Shown here one piece after another: positions 20,277-28,314 of a DNA stretch of 64,000 bases. The notes below the pieces were generated by a model, which made no database searches, had not been told where the DNA came from, and saw only the letters and a program-made list of their open reading frames with translations. A program made the position numbers and the translations under genes. The DNA lies in the sequence record ON529851.1, one strand, 5' to 3'. Each line of letters begins with the position of its first letter. Position 1 is the first letter of the stretch.

Positions 20277-20590
20277 GTGCTGTGATGCTTTGCCCCGAAA
20301 ACGCCGTGACGGTGGTCGGCGCGCCGCGCGATAAGAGCGGCCCGATCCTCCTGCGCCTGCACGCCAGTCACTACGCCCAGGCGGTGCAGGCGCTTCTGGA
20401 AGAGACGGCCGCCGACCTGCGTGACGATCTGAGCCCTGAAGAAGAGGCGGACCCGCAGGCTCAGGCCGACGCCGACCAGCAGGCCTGGAACGACGCCTGC
20501 GACCACTTCACCTCGGTGAAGGTCTATCGCGGCCACCCGCCGGAAGGATCGGACGTCGTGGCGTCGCTCCCGCTGATCCATGAGGAATAG
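20273..20590 (+). CDS. hypothetical protein
   Basis: GTGA overlap. Confidence 0.6.
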   Translation: MSAVMLCPENAVTVVGAPRDKSGPILLRLHASHYAQAVQALLEETAADLRDDLSPEEEADPQAQADADQQAWNDACDHFTSVKVYRGHPPEGSDVVASLPLIHEE

Positions 20591-20821
20591 ATGGCGCCCG
20601 GTTTCTATGTCGTGCGGATGCCGAAGAACGGCGCCGGCAGCCGCCTGATCGTGGAGAGCCGGCCGTTTCAGAAGATCGCCTGGATCGAGACACAGGAGCC
20701 GGGTTGGGCGCGGCGCCAGGCTGAACTCTGGTGTGACTTCGTCCAGTCGCAGCACCCCAAAGACGACGTCTTCGTGATCGAACGTAAAGGCCCCGAGATC
20801 GAGGCGGCGCGCGATGAATAA
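20591..20821 (+). CDS. hypothetical protein
   Basis: GAGG RBS; abuts upstream stop. Confidence 0.6.
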   Translation: MAPGFYVVRMPKNGAGSRLIVESRPFQKIAWIETQEPGWARRQAELWCDFVQSQHPKDDVFVIERKGPEIEAARDE

Positions 20822-21359
20822 CAAGCCACCGTGCAAGAAGGGCTTCCTGGCGAAGACGGTGCAGGACCTGGGCAGGCTTACGCAGCATTTTGACCTGGCG
20901 CCGCCCGAGGGCCACGACCTGAGTCTGAAGGCGCTGGAGCAGCAGGCCTGGGACTGGTTCGCCCAGGTTCTGCATCCGGTTGGGCTCGCTCTACATGATC
21001 TCAGCCTCACTTCCCGTCAGCAGCCCATGGACCGTCGCTGGGGAATCGCGCTGAACATCGCCTACGCGCCCGCGACGATCGGCTCGCTGGTCGTCATCAA
21101 CGTCCCGCCCTCGCGGGCTCCCGAGGGAAGTCGCGACTGCGTCGGCCTGCTGCTGGCGGCGGACCGGGAACGGACCTCGACACGCCTCTATGCGGAAGAC
21201 GGCGGGCCGGTGGGGTGGGGTGCTCGCTATCACCTGCAACGCCTCGACGGCTCCGTGCAGACCTGGGGCAACTGCACGCCGCGCGCCCTGATCACCCACC
21301 GCACGATCGAGATGTGCCGCACCCTCCACCGAGACGTCTACGGAGCGCGCAATGAATGA
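20814..21359 (+). CDS. hypothetical protein
   Basis: 8-nt overlaps with neighbours. Confidence 0.6.
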   Translation: MNNKPPCKKGFLAKTVQDLGRLTQHFDLAPPEGHDLSLKALEQQAWDWFAQVLHPVGLALHDLSLTSRQQPMDRRWGIALNIAYAPATIGSLVVINVPPSRAPEGSRDCVGLLLAADRERTSTRLYAEDGGPVGWGARYHLQRLDGSVQTWGNCTPRALITHRTIEMCRTLHRDVYGARNE

Positions 21360-21618
21360 ACCTCTGACACCTGCCGAGATCGATGAAGGCTGGAGGGCCG
21401 AGCCCTGCGGCTGCGCCTATCACCCTGGCTCCAGCACCCCGCGCCGCATCGACGGCGGCATGGTCGTGGTCAACGAAGGGTTCCGGCGACGGTGGTGTCA
21501 GGCGCACACCGACGAGATCATGCAAAAGCGTGACGCCCTGCGCCAGCGCCTGTTCGAAGCGGCGGACCTACCGACGCCCAGCCCGATGACGTTGTGGCTG
21601 CGGCGGAACCGCTGCTGA
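21352..21618 (+). CDS. hypothetical protein
   Basis: GGAG RBS; operon packing. Confidence 0.55.
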   Translation: MNEPLTPAEIDEGWRAEPCGCAYHPGSSTPRRIDGGMVVVNEGFRRRWCQAHTDEIMQKRDALRQRLFEAADLPTPSPMTLWLRRNRC

Positions 21619-21619
21619 C

Positions 21620-22090
21620 ATGGCGGTTCTCGACATCGGCTCGTGGAAGCCCTGGCCCTCGGGCGCCTTGTCCAACTTCCCGCCCCACGCCTTCGTGTTC
21701 GAAGACGTCGAGTGCGCCTCCATGGAGGGGCTGGTCCAGGCGTTCAAGTTCAACGAGCCCTATAAGCAGGTCATCACCTGCAAGGCCGTGGGCGAGGCCG
21801 CCAAAAACATGGGCCGCCGGCGCAACCTGCATTGGCAGCGCGCCCAGACCCTGTGGTGGAAGTCCGACGCCTACGACCGCCATGGCCCCGAATATCAGGC
21901 CCTGCTGGATCGCGCCTACAACGCCCTGGCGACCAACCCCGATTTCCGCGACGCCTTGCTCGCGACGGGCGATGATTTCCTGACCCATTCGATCGGCGGG
22001 CGCGATCCGCACGAGACGATCCTGACCGAAGCCGAGTTCTGCACCCGGCTGATGCGGCTACGCCGCGAAATCCGCGAAGGCCTGAGATGA
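21620..22090 (+). CDS. T4 gp30.3-like NADAR-superfamily protein
   Basis: LSNF.PH.FVFEDVECASMEGLVQAFK, QTLWW, ALLATG...LTHSIG, TILT..EF. Confidence 0.85.
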   Translation: MAVLDIGSWKPWPSGALSNFPPHAFVFEDVECASMEGLVQAFKFNEPYKQVITCKAVGEAAKNMGRRRNLHWQRAQTLWWKSDAYDRHGPEYQALLDRAYNALATNPDFRDALLATGDDFLTHSIGGRDPHETILTEAEFCTRLMRLRREIREGLR

Positions 22091-22341
22091 CCGCCCCCTG
22101 CATCTATTTGACGGCCCCGGCTGAACTGTACGAGGCCAAACGCTTCGGCGACGGTTGGCGCCCGGTCGCGCAGCCGGATCGCTTCCTGTGCGCCTGGGCC
22201 ACCTACCACGAGGACGCGGTCGCCGCGTTGTCGAAGGCGCCGCCCTGGCTGGTGACCAACGCCCTCGCCGGCCACCTGGTGCGGGCGAGCAAGGATTGCC
22301 CCCGGTGCCCCTACTACCAGGCGGGCGATCCCGTCGAATAG
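22087..22341 (+). CDS. hypothetical protein
   Basis: ATGA overlap. Confidence 0.6.
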   Translation: MTAPCIYLTAPAELYEAKRFGDGWRPVAQPDRFLCAWATYHEDAVAALSKAPPWLVTNALAGHLVRASKDCPRCPYYQAGDPVE

Positions 22342-22401
22342 CCGTAAATCCTGACATTTTCTGCCGTATTTCTTGACACCAACCACGGCGTTAACCATAG
22401 T
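22339..22401 (+). promoter_or_regulatory. promoter of RNA ligase operon with tandem CGT boxes
   Basis: GCCGTAAATC-CTGACA then CTGCCGTATTTC-TTGACA-17 nt-CATAGT. Confidence 0.65.
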
Positions 22402-22433
22402 CCGAGGCTTGAACCCCGACCTCAGGACTTGCC

Positions 22434-23672
22434 GTGAGCACCTTTGCTGTTCCGATCCTCGCGATCGACGACGTCTACGATCACCCCAACGCTGATCGAC
22501 TCTCCATCATCCGTATTCGCGGCTACGAAGCCGTCGCCGGCAAGGCCGAGGACGGCTCGCACCGCTTCGCCAAGGGCGAACGCATCATCTACGTGCCCGA
22601 GGGCGCGGTGGTGCCGGACCAGCACCTGAAGGAGCGCGGCTACTGGAACGAGGCCAAGGGCGTCGGGCTGCTGGCGGGCACAAAGGGCAACCGCGTCAAG
22701 GCCATCACCCTGCGCGGCGTGCTGAGCCAAGGCCTGGTCTGGAAGACCGAACCCCTCACGGGGGCGAAGGTCAAGGATCGCGTGACCGGAGACATCGTGA
22801 CCCAGGTGAACCCTGAGAAACCCGCTCTGGCGATCGCCACGGCTGAAGACGGCACGCAGACGGCGGTGATGGTCGATTTCGGCGACGACGTCGCCGACTT
22901 CTTCGGCATCACCAAGTACGATCCGCCCATCCCGCCGGGCCTGGACGGCGACGTCTTCGGTCTGTTCGAGGCGATGTTCAACTACGACATCGAGAACGCC
23001 AAGGCCTTCCCGAACCTGTTCACCGAGGACGACATCGTCACGGTGACGGAGAAGCTGCACGGCACCTTCTGCCGGATGACCTACATGCCCGGCATCGAAC
23101 CGCGCGAGGACCTGTTCGGCGACGGCCGCGTGGCGATCACCTCCAAGGGCCTGGGCGCCGACGGCCTGGTGTTCAAGAACACCGCCTTCAACCGCCAGAA
23201 GAACGTCTACGTCCGTAACATGCTGCCGCTGGTGGACCACTTCGTCTCGGCCTGCAACCAGGACGCCAAGGGCCTGACGGTCCACCTGATGGGCGAGGTT
23301 TACGGCGCCGGCGTGCAGGACCTGAAGTACGGCCGTACCGAGGATCAGGGCTTCGCCGCCTTCGACGTCTGGATCGAGAAGTCTGGCTTCCTGGCCGAGA
23401 TCGAGAAGGAGTACGCCTGCATCGCCTTCGGGGTGGAGCGGGTGCCGGTGTTGTTCGAGGGCTTCTACGACAAGGGCCTGATCGAGGACTTCGCCAAGGG
23501 CGACACTACGATCGACGGCGCCGAGAACATCCGCGAGGGCGTCGTCGTGACCCTGACCGGCGAGCAGGACAAACGCCCTGACGGCAACGGCCTGGGCGGA
23601 ACCCTGCGCCCGATCTGCAAGGTCGTGTCGGAAGCCTACCTGACCCGCAAGGGCGGGACCGAACTGCAATAG
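22434..23672 (+). CDS. ATP-dependent RNA ligase (DRB0094/Rnl2-like, N-terminal OB-like domain)
   Basis: TEKLHGT (KxHG), GEVYG, FAAFDV, REGVVV, KVVSEAYL; N-terminal HPNADRL. Confidence 0.9.
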   Translation: MSTFAVPILAIDDVYDHPNADRLSIIRIRGYEAVAGKAEDGSHRFAKGERIIYVPEGAVVPDQHLKERGYWNEAKGVGLLAGTKGNRVKAITLRGVLSQGLVWKTEPLTGAKVKDRVTGDIVTQVNPEKPALAIATAEDGTQTAVMVDFGDDVADFFGITKYDPPIPPGLDGDVFGLFEAMFNYDIENAKAFPNLFTEDDIVTVTEKLHGTFCRMTYMPGIEPREDLFGDGRVAITSKGLGADGLVFKNTAFNRQKNVYVRNMLPLVDHFVSACNQDAKGLTVHLMGEVYGAGVQDLKYGRTEDQGFAAFDVWIEKSGFLAEIEKEYACIAFGVERVPVLFEGFYDKGLIEDFAKGDTTIDGAENIREGVVVTLTGEQDKRPDGNGLGGTLRPICKVVSEAYLTRKGGTELQ

Positions 23673-23687
23673 GAGTCACGTTTTCCG

Positions 23688-24032
23688 ATGCAGTCGCTTC
23701 AAGACGGCCTGGTCGAATGGGCCACCTACGCCTTCGGGCGTGAAACGATCGACGACCAGCGCCAGCGCGCCATGCGCTGCCTGGAAGAGGCGGTCGAACT
23801 GGCCCAGGCCCTGGGCGTGGATGAGGCGGCCTGCCACCGGCAGGTCGTCCACACCTACGGCCGCCCCGTGGGCGAACCCGCCCAGGAGGTCGCCGGCGTC
23901 ATCAACGGCGCCCTGATGGCGGCCGAGAGCATCGGCGTCGACGGCCTGCTGGTCGCCGAGGCTGAACTGGAGCGGGTCTGGCTCTGCGTGGACGACATCC
24001 GCGTCAAGCAACTGGCGAAGGTTCAGCCCTAA
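23688..24032 (+). CDS. MazG-like NTP pyrophosphatase
   Basis: RCLEEAVELAQA..QEVAGV acidic helical motif. Confidence 0.65.
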   Translation: MQSLQDGLVEWATYAFGRETIDDQRQRAMRCLEEAVELAQALGVDEAACHRQVVHTYGRPVGEPAQEVAGVINGALMAAESIGVDGLLVAEAELERVWLCVDDIRVKQLAKVQP

Positions 24033-24035
24033 GCC

Positions 24036-25970
24036 GTGGCCCACATCGACTATGAGAACAACCTGTTCCTCGGACGGGGCACGTTCGAGGAACGGGAAAT
24101 CTTCCGTGACGTCCTGGGCAAGTTCCAAGGCTTCACCTTCTCGAAGGAATACGGCTGCTGGGTGACCGGCGACGTCCACATGGCCCAGGCGGTCAAGGGC
24201 GTCGTCTGGACCGACCGGGCCATGGGGCGGCTCAACACCCTGCTGGAAGCCGCCAAGATCAGTGAAGAACTGTCCTGGCGGGCTGACACGTCCTATGTGC
24301 CGCCGTCGCCGCCAGGGTTGAGTTATCTCCCCTACCAGCGCGCCGGGATCGAATACGCGTTGATGCGAAAGGACACCCTTATTGCCGATCAGCCTGGTTT
24401 GGGCAAAACTATACAGGCCATCGGTGTATTGAATGCTGATGAGACGATCAACTCTGCTCTATTCATCGTCCCCGCATCTCTAAAGATCAATTGGCACCGA
24501 GAGATCGACAAGTGGATGCTGCCCAACCTGACCTTCGGCATCGCCGAGGCCAAGCGGATCGACAAGGAGTTGATCGGCTACGCCAAGGCCTATGAACAGG
24601 TCGAGGACGGCGTCTACAAGTCCGGCCCCAAGGCCGGGCAGCCGAAATTCAAGAAGGTCGAGGTCCAGGGCAAGCCCAAGTATCGCAACGTCGAGACGTC
24701 GGACTACTGGCCCGACACCGACATCGTCATCATCAACTACGACATCCTGGAACGCTTCGCGGTCCAGATCAAGGAACGCAACTGGGACCTCCTGGTCTGC
24801 GACGAGTGCCATGCGCTCAAGAGCGCCGCGACGGGGCGCACCCTGTTCGTCCTCGGCGGCAAGCAGGAGTTCAACAAGACCCAGCGCGACAAGCGCAAGG
24901 CCGAGGGCCTGTCGACGCGCCCCGTCTGGCACCGCGCCATCGACGCCAGCCGCCGCGTCTTCCTGTCAGGCACGCCGATGATGTCGCGCCCGATCGAGTT
25001 GTGGCCGGTGGCGCACGCCTTCAACCCCTCCGGCCTGGGCCGGGACTACAACGACTTCGCCTACCGCTACTGCGCCGCCTGGACGACCGCCTACGGCCTG
25101 GACGTCTCGGGCGCCTCGAACCTGGAGGAACTGGGCCAGAAGGCGCGCGCCAGCTTCATGGTGCGCCGGCTGAAGCGCGAAGTGCTGCCGGAACTGCCGC
25201 CCAAGCGCCGGATCGTGGTCACGCTGGACAGCCCGGAAATCCGTGACCTGGTCGCCCGTGAGGACGAACTGGCCCAGGCGCTGCGACTCTATGAGAACGT
25301 CACCCTCAACAAGGGCGCGGTGGTCGACGAGATCAACCACGGCATCCAGATCGTCAACCACATGACGCGGATGGGGATGACGGACGAGTTCGATCCGGAC
25401 AACCCGAACTGGCGCTCCCTCGATCTGGATTACGCCGCCTCCGTCGCCGGCCTGGAGCCGCCGGCCGTCGCCATCCTGTTCGAGGAGATGGCGAAGGTGC
25501 GCCGCGACCTCGGGCTCGCCAAGCTGAGCGCGCTCAAGCCGTGGATGGACGACTTCCTGGAGGGCGGCGAGAAGCTGCTGATGTTCGCCTACCACTCCGA
25601 CGTGGTCAAGGCGCTGGCGTTGGCGGCCGAGAAGTGGAACCCGGCGGTGATCTGGGGCGGCACGCCGCTGCACAAGCGCCAGGGCGAGGTCGACAAGCTG
25701 CAAGGCGACGAAAGCTGTCGCCTGTTCATCGGCAACATCCAGGCGGCCGGCGTCGGCTTCACCATGACGCGCGCCCATGACGTCGCCTTCGCCGAGGGCG
25801 ACTGGGTGCCCAGCCAGATCGAACAGTGCGAGGACCGCGCCTGCCGCATCGGCCAGACGGCCGAGAAGATCAACAGCTACTTCCTGGTCGCGAACGGCTC
25901 GCTGGATTCCCGCATCGCCCAGGCCGCCAAGGCCAAGGAAGACAACATCAACCTGGCGATGGGCGCGTGA
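24036..25970 (+). CDS. SNF2/HARP-like SF2 helicase
   Basis: ADQPGLGKT, VCDECH, LSGTP, MVRRLK, GVGFTM, QCEDRACRIGQ. Confidence 0.92.
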   Translation: MAHIDYENNLFLGRGTFEEREIFRDVLGKFQGFTFSKEYGCWVTGDVHMAQAVKGVVWTDRAMGRLNTLLEAAKISEELSWRADTSYVPPSPPGLSYLPYQRAGIEYALMRKDTLIADQPGLGKTIQAIGVLNADETINSALFIVPASLKINWHREIDKWMLPNLTFGIAEAKRIDKELIGYAKAYEQVEDGVYKSGPKAGQPKFKKVEVQGKPKYRNVETSDYWPDTDIVIINYDILERFAVQIKERNWDLLVCDECHALKSAATGRTLFVLGGKQEFNKTQRDKRKAEGLSTRPVWHRAIDASRRVFLSGTPMMSRPIELWPVAHAFNPSGLGRDYNDFAYRYCAAWTTAYGLDVSGASNLEELGQKARASFMVRRLKREVLPELPPKRRIVVTLDSPEIRDLVAREDELAQALRLYENVTLNKGAVVDEINHGIQIVNHMTRMGMTDEFDPDNPNWRSLDLDYAASVAGLEPPAVAILFEEMAKVRRDLGLAKLSALKPWMDDFLEGGEKLLMFAYHSDVVKALALAAEKWNPAVIWGGTPLHKRQGEVDKLQGDESCRLFIGNIQAAGVGFTMTRAHDVAFAEGDWVPSQIEQCEDRACRIGQTAEKINSYFLVANGSLDSRIAQAAKAKEDNINLAMGA

Positions 25971-26386
25971 CCTCCCGCACCGCGTGGCAGAAAGAGATCG
26001 ACGACCAGTTCTGGGGCGGCGAACCGTTCGCCGTCCGTCAGCGCCGGGTCGAGGCTGAACGCCGCGAGCGGTGGTTCCAGGAAGTGCGCATCAATCCGTC
26101 GGCCGAGGTCCTGGTCGGGCTGTGCCGTACAGCGCGATCACAGGGTCTGCGCGGCATGCTGTACCAGGGAGACCTCTACTGGTGGCAGGCCTATTACGCC
26201 ACGCACCACGACGCCCTTCACTGGATGGCGATCCCCGGCAACAAACTGGCGTCCGGCGTGGAGTTGCACGTCTTCGACGACGGCGTAGGCCTGACCGCGT
26301 TCGAGCCGGCGGCTTTCGAAGCGTGTTTGAGCCACCCGAGCCTGATCGGCCGGATCGACGCTGAAGGCGTATTGATCAACACCTGA
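25967..26386 (+). CDS. hypothetical protein
   Basis: GTGA overlap. Confidence 0.6.
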   Translation: MTSRTAWQKEIDDQFWGGEPFAVRQRRVEAERRERWFQEVRINPSAEVLVGLCRTARSQGLRGMLYQGDLYWWQAYYATHHDALHWMAIPGNKLASGVELHVFDDGVGLTAFEPAAFEACLSHPSLIGRIDAEGVLINT

Positions 26387-26468
26387 CGGGCGCCGACGTT
26401 TTTCGCAACGCAACAAAAACGTGATAGGGGCGTTTCTTCAAGCTGTTCACCTCAGCTTCAGGGACCCC

Positions 26469-26798
26469 ATGCACACCCGTAATCCAGAAGAGTTCTCTCG
26501 TATCCTCGACGAGGCGGCCGAGCATATCGCGCGGCAGCCGATCCATCCCGGTCAGACCATGCCGGGGCTGTGGAGCCTGGATGACGGAACGCATGAGCCG
26601 GCGCGGCTGATCGGCGTGATCGTGGCCCTGGCGCTGGCGCAGGTGTGCAAGACCGGCGATTGCGACCTCCAGGAAGCGCTCGCCAGCTATGCCGCCGTCG
26701 CCCACGACATTCCCCTGATCGCCAAGGGCGGACCGGACGTGATCGCCGCGCAGAACCTGCGGGACGCCGCCCAGACCCTGCGAGAAGCGCGACACTGA
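26469..26798 (+). CDS. hypothetical protein
   Basis: AGGGA RBS; followed by terminator. Confidence 0.6.
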   Translation: MHTRNPEEFSRILDEAAEHIARQPIHPGQTMPGLWSLDDGTHEPARLIGVIVALALAQVCKTGDCDLQEALASYAAVAHDIPLIAKGGPDVIAAQNLRDAAQTLREARH

Positions 26799-26802
26799 CA
26801 CG

Positions 26803-26836
26803 AAAAAGGCCCGTCGCTGTCGAGCGCCGGGCCTTT
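26803..26836. terminator. bidirectional terminator closing the RNA island
   Basis: AAAGGCCCG/CGGGCCTTT stem. Confidence 0.8.
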
Positions 26837-26844
26837 GATCGTGA

Positions 26845-26931
26845 TGGAGGTGCGACCTGGACTCGAACCAGGATGAGGGTTTCCCCTACGGCTTATGAGG
26901 CCGCTGCCTATTCCAGCCGCGCCACCGCACC
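26845..26931 (-). tRNA. tRNA with CAU anticodon (Met or Ile2), long variable arm, U73
   Basis: acceptor GGTGCGG/TCGCACC-T-CCA; anticodon arm GCGGC-CTCATAA-GCCGT; V-arm AGGG-GAAA-CCCT; T arm CCTGG-TTCGAGT-CCAGG. Confidence 0.9.
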
Positions 26932-26942
26932 AAAAAGAAGTC

Positions 26943-27021
26943 CAGGCGTGCTCCCGTTACACTAAACCGGCGAGGGTCATGACCCTCGGGCGCCGGCTGC
27001 GGGGTTGAACCGCTCTGCCTG
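26943..27021 (-). ncRNA. circularly permuted tRNA mimic (YrlA-like module)
   Basis: order CAGGC, T arm GCGG-TTCAACC-CCGC, AGCCGGCG, palindromic hairpin GAGGGTCATGACCCTC, CGCCGGTT, TA, D arm GTGT-AACGGGA-GCAC, GCCTG. Confidence 0.75.
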
Positions 27022-27161
27022 TGTTTCCGCCGCTGCGCCATGCGAGCGCTGGCCGCTAAGCCAACGCCTGAGGGCTCGAACCCCGGCGACGAAGATTCGG
27101 ACCAGCCCGTCGGCCGGTCCACGAACGCCGCTGCGCCGAGGGAGGCGCCGAGGCGATCGAA

Positions 27162-27239
27162 TGGGAGCGGGGACACGATTCGAACGTGCGATCTCTTGGT
27201 TATGAGCCAAGAATGTTGACCGGGCTACACTACCCCGCG
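27162..27239 (-). tRNA. tRNA-Met(CAU), initiator-like
   Basis: CGCGGGG/CCCCGCT (C1xU72 mismatch), CTTGG-CTCATAA-CCAAG, GCACG-TTCGAAT-CGTGT, encoded CCA. Confidence 0.9.
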
Positions 27240-27250
27240 ACTCTTAGGCG

Positions 27251-27620
27251 CCAGTTCCGACGGCAGTGCGCCGGCTGGTACTCAACGGACTCCTCCGCCG
27301 ACCCTGCGCCAGGAACCATGGCGGACGCAGGATCAAGACGAAGGCGTTGCTTTACACCCACCTTGGACGTCGGACCCGTCGGGCCGACGAAACTTTGACC
27401 AGGGGTTATGGGACGAGTAATCCCGCCCTCTGGCCCGGCGGACTACTAGGCCTGCCCTTGCCTGGGCTCCCCCAGACGTCCGGCACGACTTTTGGTCAAC
27501 CAACCTTTACTCACGAAGACGGACGTAGCACCCGGCGTGGATCGGAACTGGTAGGCCCCTCTCCTGAACGGGCCGCCGTGCTCTGGCGGTGGTCCGTCGT
27601 CATCGCCGCCGGCGTCCGCC
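27251..27620 (-). ncRNA. candidate structured ncRNA between tmRNA and tRNA-Met
   Basis: no credible ORF; 10-bp closing helix 27542-27551/27251-27260; flanked by RNA genes. Confidence 0.4.
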
Positions 27621-27629
27621 TGCGAGAGT

Positions 27630-27971
27630 AAAGTGGGGAACTTTCTGTTCCAAGGCCCGGCAAGCCGGGGTTCCCCATACCCGTGGTCGCCCTTAGGCGG
27701 CCAGGAGGACTCGTTCGCCAGCGGCGAAGTTGTCGTTGTGTGCTTCGACAGTTGTCAAAGTTGGATCGTGAGCAGCCCGAAGACCACCATGCAGACCCTA
27801 GCACTCGCCATTCAATCCCGTCACCAACGTCAATCGATACTGTTCGGCCCCTCAAACCGCGCCCGTCTCCCATTATAGGAGGGGGATTGGTGGAGCCGAC
27901 GGGATTCGCACCCGTGTCTTGCCCGTCTGTTTCGTTCTCTCTGCTTCGGTCCGGAGACCTCCGCGCGACGA
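27630..27971 (-). ncRNA. ssrA: two-piece (circularly permuted) tmRNA, alphaproteobacterial type
   Basis: acceptor piece ends GACACGGGTGCGAATCCCGTCGGCTCCACCA (CCA 27888-27890); 36-nt spacer; coding piece starts GGGGCCG at 27851 (G3:U70, A73); tag frame 27743-27693 AHNDNFAAGERVLLAA*. Confidence 0.93.
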
Positions 27972-27977
27972 AATGCC

Positions 27978-28018
27978 TGTATACAGAGTCCGTTTCTGAG
28001 TGTCAAGCATTACGTCAA
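27978..28018 (-). promoter_or_regulatory. tmRNA promoter
   Basis: TTGACGTAATGC-TTGACA-17 nt-TATACA. Confidence 0.75.
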
Positions 28019-28026
28019 AGATTTTT

Positions 28027-28113
28027 TGGAGGGACGGGTGAGAATCGAACTCACGCCAGGCTTTCGCCAGGAGGATTTGCAGTCCCCCGCCTTACCACTC
28101 AGTCCACCGTCCC
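28027..28113 (-). tRNA. tRNA-Cys(GCA) with long variable arm
   Basis: GGGACGG/CCGTCCC-T-CCA (U73); GGGGA-CTGCAAA-TCCTC; ~16-nt extra arm CTGGCGAAAGCCTGG; GTGAG-TTCGATT-CTCAC. Confidence 0.9.
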
Positions 28114-28119
28114 CTGGTG

Positions 28120-28314
28120 TCGTTCTGGAGAGGGGAGCCCGCCCGTATCCGCCGCAGGTCCCGTGGTCGGTCCCGGCGGCGTCAGGGTTTCACGGCCCCA
28201 GGTCGACCCTCTCCCGTGATAGAGGGCGATACGCTGCGGACGGGCTCGCCTCTCCAGACGAGAAGGACCGCCCTGTTGCACTCCCCGGAGGGATCGTGTG
28301 GCGGCCCGTGACCC
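28120..28314 (-). ncRNA. candidate rod-shaped ncRNA upstream of tRNA-Cys
   Basis: promoter TTGCGG-17-TATAAG (28347-28319); stems TCTGGAGAGG/CCTCTCCAGA, GAGCCCG/CGGGCTC, CGTATC/GATACG. Confidence 0.55.

Noticed and set aside
27088-27108. GGCTGGTCCGA, identical to the 5' motif of vertebrate Y RNAs
   Set aside because: It is already paired in a local 9-bp hairpin with a GACG loop; probably coincidental
27100-27160. HDV-like/theta ribozyme-like arrangement right after tRNA-Met (GCC-TCCCTC-GGC hairpin)
   Set aside because: P1 3' strand is displaced by 5 nt and no catalytic C-R-A J4/2 precedes the P2 partner
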